Assembly: GCA_002457675.1 (NCBI GenBank)
Contig: NTKK01000004.1
Coordinates: 91,666 to 155,665 of the forward strand
Direction of reading: 5' to 3'
DNA from: Bacteroidetes bacterium MED-G17
GTDB lineage: Bacteria; Bacteroidota; Bacteroidia; NS11-12g; UBA9320
Length of the DNA: 64,000 bases
Below the pieces are notes generated by a model. It did no database searches. It was not told the origin of the DNA and worked only from the letters and a program-made list of their open reading frames with translations. Positions 49,613 through 60,188 of this stretch are shown here, piece by piece (within the stretch, counting starts at the first letter, position 1; each line of letters begins with the position of its first letter). A program made the translations under genes and the position numbers.

Positions 49613-52600
49613 TCAAGACATGTCAAAAAATCAAATTGTAAAAAAATTCGGCCTTTCCTCATGGTCAATTGGGAATAAAATAAGTGTGTATGTTATGATA
49701 GGAATTGTAGCCATTATAGGTCTACTCTCGTACACAACCATGCCAAAAGAGAGCTTCCCTGAAATTAAACAACCGATAATTTACATCAACACGCCTTACA
49801 TTGGCAACTCGCCAATTGATATGGAAAACTTGGTTACCAGACCTATCGAAAAGGAACTCAATTCCATAAATGGTGTGAACAAGATTGAATCAACATCCAT
49901 TCAAGATTTCTCCGTAATAATTGTTGAATTCGATTACGATATTCCTTCTGAACAGTGCTTAACCGATGTAAAAGATGCAGTTGATAGAGCGCAATCAGAA
50001 CTACCAAAAGACCTAACTGCAGATCCTACGGTTTTTGAGCTGGACTTCTCTGAAATGCCGGTGATGAATGTTAATATTAGCGGAGATTACTCAACTAAAG
50101 ATTTAAAATTTTATGGTGAAAAAATTCAAGATCAAATTGAAAATTTATCTGAAATAAGCGAAGTAGATATCACTGGCACAAATGAAGAAGAGGTAGAAAT
50201 TGCTGTTGACAGATTAAAAATGGAAGCTCTTGAAATTAGCTTTCAAGACATCGAAAACGCAATTAGAGGAGAAAATGTCACTATGAGTGGTGGTGATATA
50301 AAAAGTATTGAAGGCAATGACATCACTAGAAGAAATATCCGAATTGACGGAGAATTTGAAAACTACGATGATTTAAAAAATGTTATTGTGAAAAATGAGA
50401 AACAAAACATTGTTTACCTGCGCGATATTGCGATGATTCGTTTTGGACCAAAAGAACCAAGCTCATTCGCAAGACTAGATAGAAACCCAGTTGTAACTTT
50501 AGATATCAAAAAGAAAAGTGGATCAAATCTTATTAATGCTGCACAGAAAATTCAAAATATTATTGCAGAAGCAAAAGCAACTTATTTACCAAAAGACCTA
50601 TCAGTAGTCATTACGAATGACCAATCAAAGTTTACAAAAATGATGGTAAATAACCTAGAAAACTCGATTATCATGGGTGTAATCTTGGTTGTTCTCGTAC
50701 TTATTTTCTTCCTTGGTTTAAGAAACTCCCTTTTTGTAGGCGTTGCCATCCCTTTGTCAATGCTGATGGGTATTGCCATCCTAAATTTCGGTGGGAATAC
50801 AATGAACATGATGGTTCTTTTTTCCTTAATTCTCGCATTGGGTATGCTTGTTGATAATGGTATTGTTGTTGTAGAAAATATTTATAGACAAAGAGAATTG
50901 GGTAAAAAACCAGACGAAGCATCCAATCATGGCGTTGGCGAAGTCGCTACAGCAATTATTGCTTCAACAGCTACCACACTTGCAGCTTTTGTACCGCTTC
51001 TTTTTTGGAAAAGTCTAATGGGTGAATTTATGAAATTTTTGCCTATTACTCTCATTATCGTTTTGGCCTCCTCCTTATTTGTTGCTTTGGTAGTCAATCC
51101 TGTGTTAGCGGCAGACTGGATGAAAGTTGGACAAAGGAAAACATCAAAAATTCGTCCTTATTTCATCAAGCTTTTACTTGCGTTTGTATTGGGTGTTCTT
51201 CTTAAAGTTTCAGGTGAAGATCTTTTTGCTGGACTGTTTTTTGCAGGCATTATTTTTAGTTCATTATACCGATTTATAATTGCTCCAGGAGGGGATGTTT
51301 TCATGTCCAAAATTATGCCCAAAATTGAAAACAAATACGCACAGTTATTAAAATATGCCATAAGCAGCTTTCGTCCGTTTGTATTTTTTGCTGGAACTTT
51401 TGTATTGTTTTTTGTCATTATGGGTTACTATAATTCCAACCCCCCACCGTTTGTCTTCTTTCCTGAAAATGAACCACAATACGTAAACGCCTACATCGAA
51501 GCACCTTTAGGAACTGATATTGAAAAAACCAATAAAATCACAAGCGCCTTAGAGAATAGAATTATCAAAAAAATAAAGCCTTATAAGGACGCAGGAATAA
51601 TAGAAGCTGTTTTGGCTCAGGTAGGTGAAAAAACAGCTGACCCAAATGAAGGGCCACAAAGCGGAAGTTCACCTCATAAAGCGAGAATTACTGTATCATT
51701 TATTGAATTTGAAAAAAGAGCGCTCATGGGCTTCAATATTTCAACAAGTCAAATCATGGCCGAAATAAAAGAATCTTGTAAAGACTTTCCTGAAGCCAAT
51801 ATAACATTCGCAAAAGACAATATGGGACCACCCGTAGGGAAACCTATAAATGTTGAAGTCACTGGAGAAGACTATTTGACACTAATCGAGCAAGTAGAAA
51901 TACTTAAGAAAAAAATGGAATTGGCCAATATAGAAGGCGTTGACCAACTAAAAACTGACTTAGAACTTGGAAAGCCAATGCTAGAAATCCAAGTCAATAG
52001 AGAAGCCGCGAGAAGGTATGGTCTCGGAACGGGGCAAATTGCCTCAACAATTAGAACCGCACTCCTCGGAAAGGAAATTTCTAAATACAAGCTTAAAGAA
52101 GACGACTATGAGATAAATCTTCGCTTGCAGGAGGAATATAGATACAACTTAAGTAACCTAATGAATACAAAGGTTACTTTTAGGAATACTATGGGAAAAC
52201 TCGTACAGGTGCCTATATCAGCAGTTTCCAAAATAAAGTTCAATTCAACCTATGGCACGGTAAAAAGAAAAGATCTAGAAAAGGTAATCACAATTTTTTC
52301 GGAGGTAGAAGAAGGCTATAATGCAAATCAAATAGTGGCTGAGTTTAAAACGCTCTTGCAGGATGTCCAATTGGCGCCTGGCTATACTTTTAAATTTACC
52401 GGTGAGCAAGAAGAACAAGGTGAATCAATAGATTTTTTGATGTCTGCAATGCTATTGGCGGTATTCTTAATCTTTTTGATTATTGTAACCCAATTTAATT
52501 CATTTTTAGGTCCATTTATCATTATTCTATCAGTTGTATTTAGTACAATGGGCGTATTTTTAGGATTTTCCATTACTCAAATGCCTTTTTCTGCAATGAT

Positions 52601-53060
52601 GTCAGGTATAGGAATCATTTCTTTGGCAGGGATTGTAGTAAATAATGCCATTGTTTTAATTGACTATACAAACTTGCTTAGAAAAAGAAAAAGAGCTTCT
52701 TTAGAAATTGCAGCAAATGATCATTTGCCCTCAATTGAAATACAGAACACTATAATCGAAGCTGGAAGAACTAGACTCCGACCCGTATTACTGACAGCAA
52801 TTACTACCATATTGGGTCTTGTACCACTTGCAATGGGTATGAATATTAACTTTGTTTCTTTGCTTACTAAACTAGATCCAGAATGGTATACAGGAGGATC
52901 AAATGCAGAATTTTGGGGACCAATGGCTTGGGCTGTTATCTTTGGATTGGTTTTTGCTACATTTTTGACGCTAATTATAGTACCTGTAATGTATTTACTT
53001 GGCGACAAATTGGTGTTATTCCTAAAACAATTTGGCCAGAAAGAAACGACAAATAATTAA
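49605..53060 (+). CDS. RND efflux permease (AcrB/MdtB-like)
   Basis: GMLVDNGIVVVENI, GIVVNNAIVLID, RLRPVLLTAITTILG; alternative ATG at 49620. Confidence 0.96.
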   Translation: MSNQDMSKNQIVKKFGLSSWSIGNKISVYVMIGIVAIIGLLSYTTMPKESFPEIKQPIIYINTPYIGNSPIDMENLVTRPIEKELNSINGVNKIESTSIQDFSVIIVEFDYDIPSEQCLTDVKDAVDRAQSELPKDLTADPTVFELDFSEMPVMNVNISGDYSTKDLKFYGEKIQDQIENLSEISEVDITGTNEEEVEIAVDRLKMEALEISFQDIENAIRGENVTMSGGDIKSIEGNDITRRNIRIDGEFENYDDLKNVIVKNEKQNIVYLRDIAMIRFGPKEPSSFARLDRNPVVTLDIKKKSGSNLINAAQKIQNIIAEAKATYLPKDLSVVITNDQSKFTKMMVNNLENSIIMGVILVVLVLIFFLGLRNSLFVGVAIPLSMLMGIAILNFGGNTMNMMVLFSLILALGMLVDNGIVVVENIYRQRELGKKPDEASNHGVGEVATAIIASTATTLAAFVPLLFWKSLMGEFMKFLPITLIIVLASSLFVALVVNPVLAADWMKVGQRKTSKIRPYFIKLLLAFVLGVLLKVSGEDLFAGLFFAGIIFSSLYRFIIAPGGDVFMSKIMPKIENKYAQLLKYAISSFRPFVFFAGTFVLFFVIMGYYNSNPPPFVFFPENEPQYVNAYIEAPLGTDIEKTNKITSALENRIIKKIKPYKDAGIIEAVLAQVGEKTADPNEGPQSGSSPHKARITVSFIEFEKRALMGFNISTSQIMAEIKESCKDFPEANITFAKDNMGPPVGKPINVEVTGEDYLTLIEQVEILKKKMELANIEGVDQLKTDLELGKPMLEIQVNREAARRYGLGTGQIASTIRTALLGKEISKYKLKEDDYEINLRLQEEYRYNLSNLMNTKVTFRNTMGKLVQVPISAVSKIKFNSTYGTVKRKDLEKVITIFSEVEEGYNANQIVAEFKTLLQDVQLAPGYTFKFTGEQEEQGESIDFLMSAMLLAVFLIFLIIVTQFNSFLGPFIIILSVVFSTMGVFLGFSITQMPFSAMMSGIGIISLAGIVVNNAIVLIDYTNLLRKRKRASLEIAANDHLPSIEIQNTIIEAGRTRLRPVLLTAITTILGLVPLAMGMNINFVSLLTKLDPEWYTGGSNAEFWGPMAWAVIFGLVFATFLTLIIVPVMYLLGDKLVLFLKQFGQKETTNN

Positions 53061-53069
53061 ATAATTTCA

Positions 53070-54137
53070 ATGAGAAAAAAAAGCTATTCATTTTTAGAAA
53101 AGTATCTAAATGCCAATGCTCCTGTAGGTTTTGAAACCACAGGACAAAAAATTTGGATGGAATACGTCAAGGATTATGCAGATGAATTTATAACAGATAC
53201 ATATGGATCTGTAGCAGCCATAATTAATCCAAATAAAAAATACAAAGTAGTTATAGAAGCCCACGCCGATGAAATATCCTGGTTTGTCAATTATATCTCG
53301 CCCGAAGGTTACATTTTTGTTCGCAGAAATGGTGGATCAGACCACCAAATAGCTCCTTCCATGCGTGTAGATGTGCATGGAGAGAAAGGAATAATAAAAG
53401 GTGTTTTTGGCTGGCCAGCAATCCATGTTCGAACCCCAGGTAAAGAAGCAGCACCAAGCATGAAAAATATATTCGTCGATGTAGGTGCTACAAAAGCAGA
53501 GGAAGTAGCAGAAATGGGCATCCATGTTGGTACAGTCATCACATTTGAAGCCACCACTATGAGGTTAGGAAAAAAATTTATTACTGGTCGTGCTTTGGAC
53601 AACCGGGCAGGTGGATTTATGATTGCAGAAGTAGCAAGAAAAATAAAGGAAAATAAAGATAGACTCCCTTTTAGCCTTTATGTGGTAAATGCTGTTCAAG
53701 AAGAGGTAGGACTGCGAGGAGCCGAAATGATTTCGAGAAGAATAAAACCCAATGTAGCGATTGTCACTGATGTAACACATGACACCACTTCTCCCCCATA
53801 TGACAGAAAAGAGCAAGGAGAACAAGTTTGTGGAAAAGGCCCCGTACTTACTTATGGTCCTGCTGTACACAATGTTTTATTGAACAAAATAATAAAGGTG
53901 GCCGAACAAAATAAAATTTCATTTCAAAGAGCTGCAGCAAGTAGATTCACGGGGACAGATACCGACGCATTTGCATATTCTGACATCGGTCTACCTTCTG
54001 CATTAATTTCTTTGCCATTAAAATACATGCACACGACTGTTGAAACTGCTCATGAGGATGACATTGAAAAAGTAATTGATCTAATTTACCATAGCGTAAT
54101 CAACATAAAAGAGAACGAAGAGTTTAGCTATTTCTAG
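53070..54137 (+). CDS. M42 family metallopeptidase
   Basis: EAHADEI, ALDNRAG, VQEEVGLRGA, GTDTD, YMHT. Confidence 0.93.
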   Translation: MRKKSYSFLEKYLNANAPVGFETTGQKIWMEYVKDYADEFITDTYGSVAAIINPNKKYKVVIEAHADEISWFVNYISPEGYIFVRRNGGSDHQIAPSMRVDVHGEKGIIKGVFGWPAIHVRTPGKEAAPSMKNIFVDVGATKAEEVAEMGIHVGTVITFEATTMRLGKKFITGRALDNRAGGFMIAEVARKIKENKDRLPFSLYVVNAVQEEVGLRGAEMISRRIKPNVAIVTDVTHDTTSPPYDRKEQGEQVCGKGPVLTYGPAVHNVLLNKIIKVAEQNKISFQRAAASRFTGTDTDAFAYSDIGLPSALISLPLKYMHTTVETAHEDDIEKVIDLIYHSVINIKENEEFSYF

Positions 54138-54143
54138 ACCGCC

Positions 54144-56273
54144 TTGAAAGCCTTAGTTAGTTCTATTTTCTTTTTTTTGGCTTGCCTAACTTCAACAAAA
54201 GCGCAAACACCTTCTCAGGCTGCATCAAACATAAAAATAACACAAGTTGGATGTGATGAGATGACCATTACTTGGAACAATGGGAATGGCGTAGGAAGAA
54301 TTGTTGTGATTCAAGAAAATCAACAAATTTCTGGCATACCAACAGACAATAGATTTTATATCCCAAATAACAATTTTGGACAGGGTGATTCCCTCGAAAG
54401 TCACTCGGCCTTTGTTGTTTATAACGGAACTAGCAACACGACGAAAATTAGTAAACTGAAACACAATACACGTTATTTTATTAAAGTCTTTGAATTTAAT
54501 GGAGCAGGAAGTATCTTTTGGTACAAAACAGATAATGTCCCTGAGGCAGACAGTGTTACTTTTCTTCTACAGGCCGATTTTGACATAGCCCCTTCCTACC
54601 AGTGTCTTCAAGGAAATAAAAGCGCTTTTTTAAATACGTCTCAATTCAATGGGAAAACTGCGTTAAATTATACGTGGAATTTTGGCAACGGTGTTACTTC
54701 TGCGCAAAAAGACACTGTTTATAGCTATTTAAATTCTGGCATTTTTAAAATTAAACTGAGTGTTTCTTCAATTGGATGTTCAGATGAAATTGAAAAAAAT
54801 GATACCATCGTTGCTAAACCCGAAATTTCATTTAAACTAGATCCGAATTTTATTGGGAATGACTCTATTCAGTGCTTTCCCGGCAATCAATTTCGTTTTT
54901 TACCAAAAGTAAAATTCAAAAGCCTAGGTGTTTCTAGCAATCAATATACCTGGTTTTTTGGAGATGGCAGAAGCTCAGGTGAAGGCAGGGCCCTTCATGA
55001 ATACAACGATACCGGGACATTTGTTGTACAATTGATTGTAAATGGGACATGGAACAGTAGAGACTATTGCGCTGATACAATTGATGCCATTTACAGAGTT
55101 ACTTCCGGCCCTCTTGACTCAAATAGTATTAGCTTTTCTGATACCGCCTTGTGTTTACAAGGAAACATATTTGAGTTTGAAAATACTTCACCCAAAGGTG
55201 GAATAACCAATACTTGGTTCTTTAGTAAATCTGACTCTTTTATTGGTAATAAAGCAACTTGGTCTTTTAGTCAACCAGGAAAATATGCAGTCAAACTAAT
55301 TGCTTCAGAAAATAATTTTTGTAAGGATACATTTATTGATTCTGTTGAAGTTTTTGATAAACCGAACAATTTCTTTAGCGGTCTAGACACCTTTTATTGT
55401 CAATCAAATGACATAATCAAGCTTAGACCAAATTTAGATGGAGGGTACTTTTTTGGAACCAATACAAACTCAGTTGACTCCAGTTTTTCCTTAGTTGACA
55501 CTGGCCAATATATCATTTCATATGTATATACCAAAGGAGACTGCAAAGACACGTTTACAGCAAAAACCAAAATTTCACCCAAACCGAGTTTTTATTTCCC
55601 TTCTGACACATCCATATGCCTAGGAGATACGATTTCAATCGTAATTGAAAATTTTGGTTCTGTAGTTTGGAAAGATGGCCTACAGGATTCTTTCCGAAAA
55701 ATCACTAAAGCAGGAGAGTATGGACTAACCGTTTTTGACAAATTGGGCATTTGCCAAGCAACAGACAGTTTCACCCTTAATCAAATACAAGCACCCCTTT
55801 TCAATTTAGGCAAAGACACTGTTCTTTGTTCATTGGCAAATTATTCGATTGGGATAAAAACAAATTCTGATTTAAATAACTATTTGTGGAATACGGGAAG
55901 TACCTCTCCAATTATCAATTTGGATAATGCAGGGAATTATATACTTACGGTTAGCAACACTTGCGGCTCATTGACTGACGAAATAAATATTGAAGTCAAT
56001 AGAAACTTATGCGCAATATCTTATCCAAATGCTTTTTCACCAAACGATGATGGAGTTAACGATTTGTTTCAAGTTAAAGGAAACTTTAGCCCACTAAGTA
56101 TGGACATCTATAACAGATGGGGCCAGCTTATTTATGAAAAGGAAAGGGCAATTTGGGATGGATTTGTCCAAGGAAAAAAAGCACAACAAGGCATCTACTA
56201 CTTTATACTAATAGCGCTAGATAGGGCAGGCCGAAAAATCCAAATTAAAGATTTTATTTACCTTGTAGATTAA
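54144..56273 (+). CDS. Fn3/PKD-domain surface protein with T9SS type B (gliding-motility-associated) C-terminal domain
   Basis: Signal peptide; WNFGNG and WFFGDG PKD motifs; YPNAFSPNDDGVNDLF...IYNRWG. Confidence 0.88.
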   Translation: MKALVSSIFFFLACLTSTKAQTPSQAASNIKITQVGCDEMTITWNNGNGVGRIVVIQENQQISGIPTDNRFYIPNNNFGQGDSLESHSAFVVYNGTSNTTKISKLKHNTRYFIKVFEFNGAGSIFWYKTDNVPEADSVTFLLQADFDIAPSYQCLQGNKSAFLNTSQFNGKTALNYTWNFGNGVTSAQKDTVYSYLNSGIFKIKLSVSSIGCSDEIEKNDTIVAKPEISFKLDPNFIGNDSIQCFPGNQFRFLPKVKFKSLGVSSNQYTWFFGDGRSSGEGRALHEYNDTGTFVVQLIVNGTWNSRDYCADTIDAIYRVTSGPLDSNSISFSDTALCLQGNIFEFENTSPKGGITNTWFFSKSDSFIGNKATWSFSQPGKYAVKLIASENNFCKDTFIDSVEVFDKPNNFFSGLDTFYCQSNDIIKLRPNLDGGYFFGTNTNSVDSSFSLVDTGQYIISYVYTKGDCKDTFTAKTKISPKPSFYFPSDTSICLGDTISIVIENFGSVVWKDGLQDSFRKITKAGEYGLTVFDKLGICQATDSFTLNQIQAPLFNLGKDTVLCSLANYSIGIKTNSDLNNYLWNTGSTSPIINLDNAGNYILTVSNTCGSLTDEINIEVNRNLCAISYPNAFSPNDDGVNDLFQVKGNFSPLSMDIYNRWGQLIYEKERAIWDGFVQGKKAQQGIYYFILIALDRAGRKIQIKDFIYLVD

Positions 56274-57223
56274 GCAAGGCCAATCTCTTTTAATCTTTGA
56301 ATTAAATACTCTCCAGCAGTGATATCATCGTATTTTTTTTGCCCATCCGCATCCATACAATTCGACAAACAATTTAAGGGCATATTTGCAATTGGGTGAA
56401 GGAAGAATGGTATAGAATATCTTGGCTCTCCCCATTTTTCTTTGGGCGGATTAATAACTCTGTGCGTTGTACTTTTCATTTTATTGTTCGTGAGTCTCTG
56501 TAGCATATCTCCAACATTTATCACCATTTCGCCTTTTCCTGTTGTTATGGCCTGCCATTTATTATGTTTATCAAGTATTTGAAGACCTTGTGCCGAAGCA
56601 CCCAAAAGTAAAGTAATTAGGTTTATATCTTCATGTTGACCAGCCCGAACAGCAGTTTGAGGATCTTTGGTTATTGGGGCATAAAAAATGGGTCTTAAAA
56701 TACTATTCCCGTTTACTACAAATTTGTCAAAATAATGCTTGTCTAGGCGCAAGTACTCGGCAATTGCTTGCAACAAAATTTTTCCCGTTTTTTCTAATAG
56801 TTTAAACGATTTTTCACCCACTTCATTAAATGCAGGGATTTCTTTGACTTCAATATTTGCCGGATAGGTAAAATCTTTTTTAATTTCATCAGGCACATAT
56901 TGACCAAAATGCCAAAATTCTTTTAAATCGCCTTGATTTGCGTCTTTTGCACGCTCTACTCCGAAAGGAGTAAATCCTCTTTGACCTGCGAGATTTTCGA
57001 TACAATATTTCATTTTTACCTCTCTAGGAAGATTAAAAAAATTTTTTGTCTCTTGATACAATACCGACTCAACTTTTTCACTTAAATAGTGATTTTTAAT
57101 TGCAACAAAACCTATTTCTTCAAATGCCATGCCGAGTTGTTGAACAAATTTGGATTTTTCTTGGCTATTACCGTTTGCATACAAATCGAAGTCTAATAGT
57201 GGAAGCGTATGGCGATGAAGCAT
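56270..57223 (-). CDS. 2OG-Fe(II) oxygenase, isopenicillin N synthase-like family
   Basis: HEDINLITLL (HxD), NVGDML, STTHRV, RYSIPFF. Confidence 0.93.
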   Translation of the reverse strand: MLHRHTLPLLDFDLYANGNSQEKSKFVQQLGMAFEEIGFVAIKNHYLSEKVESVLYQETKNFFNLPREVKMKYCIENLAGQRGFTPFGVERAKDANQGDLKEFWHFGQYVPDEIKKDFTYPANIEVKEIPAFNEVGEKSFKLLEKTGKILLQAIAEYLRLDKHYFDKFVVNGNSILRPIFYAPITKDPQTAVRAGQHEDINLITLLLGASAQGLQILDKHNKWQAITTGKGEMVINVGDMLQRLTNNKMKSTTHRVINPPKEKWGEPRYSIPFFLHPIANMPLNCLSNCMDADGQKKYDDITAGEYLIQRLKEIGLA

Positions 57224-57254
57224 AAAAACAAAAATATACCTTGTTCAGGATATA

Positions 57255-59051
57255 CTATTTTTTTTGTTGATAGTGATAAAATATGATTTTGGCCTTAGAT
57301 GATCCTATGACATTAGAAAGCTCAATTTCACTGGCTTCCTTCACTTTTTTCATTGATCTAAATTTTTTAAGTAAATCACTTACTGTTTTTTCACCAATAT
57401 TCGGTAACTGAGTCAATTCGTGCTTGATAAAATCTTTACTTCGCTTATTTCGGTGATTTTTCAATCCAAACCTATGGGCTTCATCTCTAAGTCTTTGTAT
57501 CAACTTCAAAGATTCAGACTTTTTGTTTAAATACGCAGGTATAGAGTCATTCGGAAAATAAATTTCTTCTAACCTTTTGGCTATGCCTATCAGCTGTATC
57601 TTATCGTTAAGATTTAAACGTTTTAGCGCACTATAAGAGGCACTTAATTGTCCTTTACCTCCGTCGATTACAACAAGTTGTGGTAAATTGGAATTTTCTA
57701 CTAGCAAACGACTGTAGCGTCTGTACAAGGCTTCTTCCATAGAAGCAAAATCATTTGGCCCACTTACTGTTTTGATATTAAAATAGCGATAATCCTTTTT
57801 ACTTGGTTTGGCATCTTTAAAAACCACACACGCCGAAATGGGCTGATGCCCTTGAAGATTTGAATTGTCAAAACACTCAATATGTTTCGGCAACTCCTTA
57901 AGATTTAAATCCTCTTTTAGGGCAGATAAGATTCTTTTAGCTTTAAGTTCTGGATCTAGAGCTTCTTGTTGCTTTACACTCTCATACTTGAAATGATTTA
58001 AATTCCTTCTGCCAATTTGGATTAACTTAAGCTTGTCACCAGCTTTAGGTACTTGGCATTCAATTTTGTTCAAGGGCCAATTGGTCTGTTTTTCCAATAA
58101 AATTCTTGTATTTGTACTTCTTAATTGCCCCCTCATTTCAATTATCGCTTGACCAATAACTTCTTCATTTTCAACACCTGATAGTTTAAACTTTCTATTT
58201 TTAGATTGGACAATCATTCCATTGGAAATAGAAAGCATATTCATATATAAATTTACATTTTCTTGGTCGAAAGTAAATACATCTACATCCGTTATCCGCT
58301 CATTAACAACTGTACTTTTATGTTGGTATACACTAAGTTTTTCTAGTCTTTTTTTATATTCTTCTGCTTGTTCAAATTGCAAATCTCCAACAGCTTTTTG
58401 CAATAAACTTTGCAAATGCTTCTTAACTTCGATGAGATTTCCTTTTAGTAAATGCTTTATCTGTCTGATAGATTCTAAATAATTGTCCTCCTGTTGTAAA
58501 TTTTCACAAGGCCCTAAACAATTGCCAATTTGATACTCTAAACAAACCTTAAATTTTGCTTCAGCAATATTTTTTTCACTTAAGTTGAGGTTGCAAGTTC
58601 TTATTGGGTAAAGTTGCTTGATCAAATCCAATAACACCCTCATGAATTTTGCAGAAGTATATGGTCCAAAATATTCAGACCCATCTTGAATCGGGTTTCT
58701 AATAGGGAAAACCCTAGGAAAACGCTCATTGGTAATCTTGATTAATGGAAAAGATTTATCATCCTTAAGATTGATGTTATATCTGGGTTGAAATTCTTTG
58801 ATTAAACTGTTTTCTAAAAGCAAGGCATCCATCTCTGTATTTACAATGGTAAAATCCAAATCTTGTATTTTACTGACCATCAAAGCTGTTTTCCCATTCT
58901 CAAATTTTGCTTTTGAAAAGTAACTTGAAACCCTATTTTTTAGGTTTTTTGCTTTACCCACATAGATTAGCTTATTACCATTGTCATAAAATTTGTAAAT
59001 ACCCGCATCCTTTGGTAGAGACTTTATTTGACGGATTATTTTTTGTTCCAC
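57255..59051 (-). CDS. uvrC: Excinuclease ABC subunit C
   Basis: YVGKAKNLKNRV, IECFDNS, IDGGKGQL, RDEAHRF, HhH tail. Confidence 0.98.
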   Translation of the reverse strand: MEQKIIRQIKSLPKDAGIYKFYDNGNKLIYVGKAKNLKNRVSSYFSKAKFENGKTALMVSKIQDLDFTIVNTEMDALLLENSLIKEFQPRYNINLKDDKSFPLIKITNERFPRVFPIRNPIQDGSEYFGPYTSAKFMRVLLDLIKQLYPIRTCNLNLSEKNIAEAKFKVCLEYQIGNCLGPCENLQQEDNYLESIRQIKHLLKGNLIEVKKHLQSLLQKAVGDLQFEQAEEYKKRLEKLSVYQHKSTVVNERITDVDVFTFDQENVNLYMNMLSISNGMIVQSKNRKFKLSGVENEEVIGQAIIEMRGQLRSTNTRILLEKQTNWPLNKIECQVPKAGDKLKLIQIGRRNLNHFKYESVKQQEALDPELKAKRILSALKEDLNLKELPKHIECFDNSNLQGHQPISACVVFKDAKPSKKDYRYFNIKTVSGPNDFASMEEALYRRYSRLLVENSNLPQLVVIDGGKGQLSASYSALKRLNLNDKIQLIGIAKRLEEIYFPNDSIPAYLNKKSESLKLIQRLRDEAHRFGLKNHRNKRSKDFIKHELTQLPNIGEKTVSDLLKKFRSMKKVKEASEIELSNVIGSSKAKIIFYHYQQKK

Positions 59052-59142
59052 AAATTAATAATGCTAATATACTTTGATAATTCAAATATCATAAGGATTG
59101 TTCACTTGGCATTTAGTATTTTCGATTTACATTTTTGTCGCT

Positions 59143-60090
59143 TTGATAGAGCTCATTGTTGTAGATAAAGTTCATCCAATCTTTTTTCAAAAGCTAAATA
59201 ATTCGAATATGCGTATTCGCGACCTGAGTAGTTTAGAAGATAAGGAGGTGTTAAAAGAATTAGGTGCCTGTAAAATTCTGGTTATACGGAGTAGATTTCA
59301 AGTTAATGCTGATTTTTTAATCCATACGCCTGAATTACGTTTGATTGTCCGGGCAGGCTCAGGACTTGACAATATAGACGAGGAGTTATGTAAAAGAAAA
59401 GGTATAAGTTGCTTGAATACGCCTGAGGGAAATAGAGATGCTGTTGCTGAACATACTTTATCATTAATTTTAGCTTTACATACAAAAATTGTATTGGCAA
59501 ATAGCCAAATAAAAGAAGGAATCTGGGATCGTGAAGGGAATAGAGGGCAAGAGATTAATGGAAAAACACTAGGCATTGTTGGTTACGGCAATTGTGGTTC
59601 TGTCTTGGCAAAAAAAGTGAGCGGATTAGGCATGCAAGTAGTTGCATATGATAAATACCTCACGAAATTCTCGAACAAGTATGCCAAAAAAGTCTCTTTG
59701 CAAGAGTTACAAGAATTTTCAGACATCGTTAGCGTGCACATTCCATTTAATCATCAAAATAAATATTTCATCAACAAAACTTTTTTAACTGGTTTTAAGA
59801 AATCGATTGTTTTATTAAACCTATCGAGAGGAAAAATCATGGATACGGATCATGTGATTGAAGCTTTGAATAATGGTAAAATAAAGGCATTTGCGAGTGA
59901 TGTGTTGGAAAATGAAGCATTTTCTACTTATAGTCCCTATGAAAGCAAACAAATTAACGAGCTTAGATCAAACCAAAATGTGCTACTTACACCGCATGTT
60001 GCAGGCTGGACAGTCGAATCCTTCCAAAAAATTGCAAGACTGTTGGCTATCAAGATATTGTTATATCTACAAAACATTGAAAAGAATTGA
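59143..60090 (+). CDS. D-isomer-specific 2-hydroxyacid dehydrogenase (SerA-like, no ACT domain)
   Basis: RAGSGLDNID, AVAEH, GIVGYGNCG, LTPHVAG; TTG at 59143 preferred over 59098. Confidence 0.9.
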   Translation: MIELIVVDKVHPIFFQKLNNSNMRIRDLSSLEDKEVLKELGACKILVIRSRFQVNADFLIHTPELRLIVRAGSGLDNIDEELCKRKGISCLNTPEGNRDAVAEHTLSLILALHTKIVLANSQIKEGIWDREGNRGQEINGKTLGIVGYGNCGSVLAKKVSGLGMQVVAYDKYLTKFSNKYAKKVSLQELQEFSDIVSVHIPFNHQNKYFINKTFLTGFKKSIVLLNLSRGKIMDTDHVIEALNNGKIKAFASDVLENEAFSTYSPYESKQINELRSNQNVLLTPHVAGWTVESFQKIARLLAIKILLYLQNIEKN

Positions 60091-60188
60091 ATTAAATTAT
60101 ACCTTCACTACTTAAATAAATAGAAAATCCCTTGAAATTTACGTTTTTTAAAGCAATTATTGAATAATCATTACCATTAGCGAAGTTT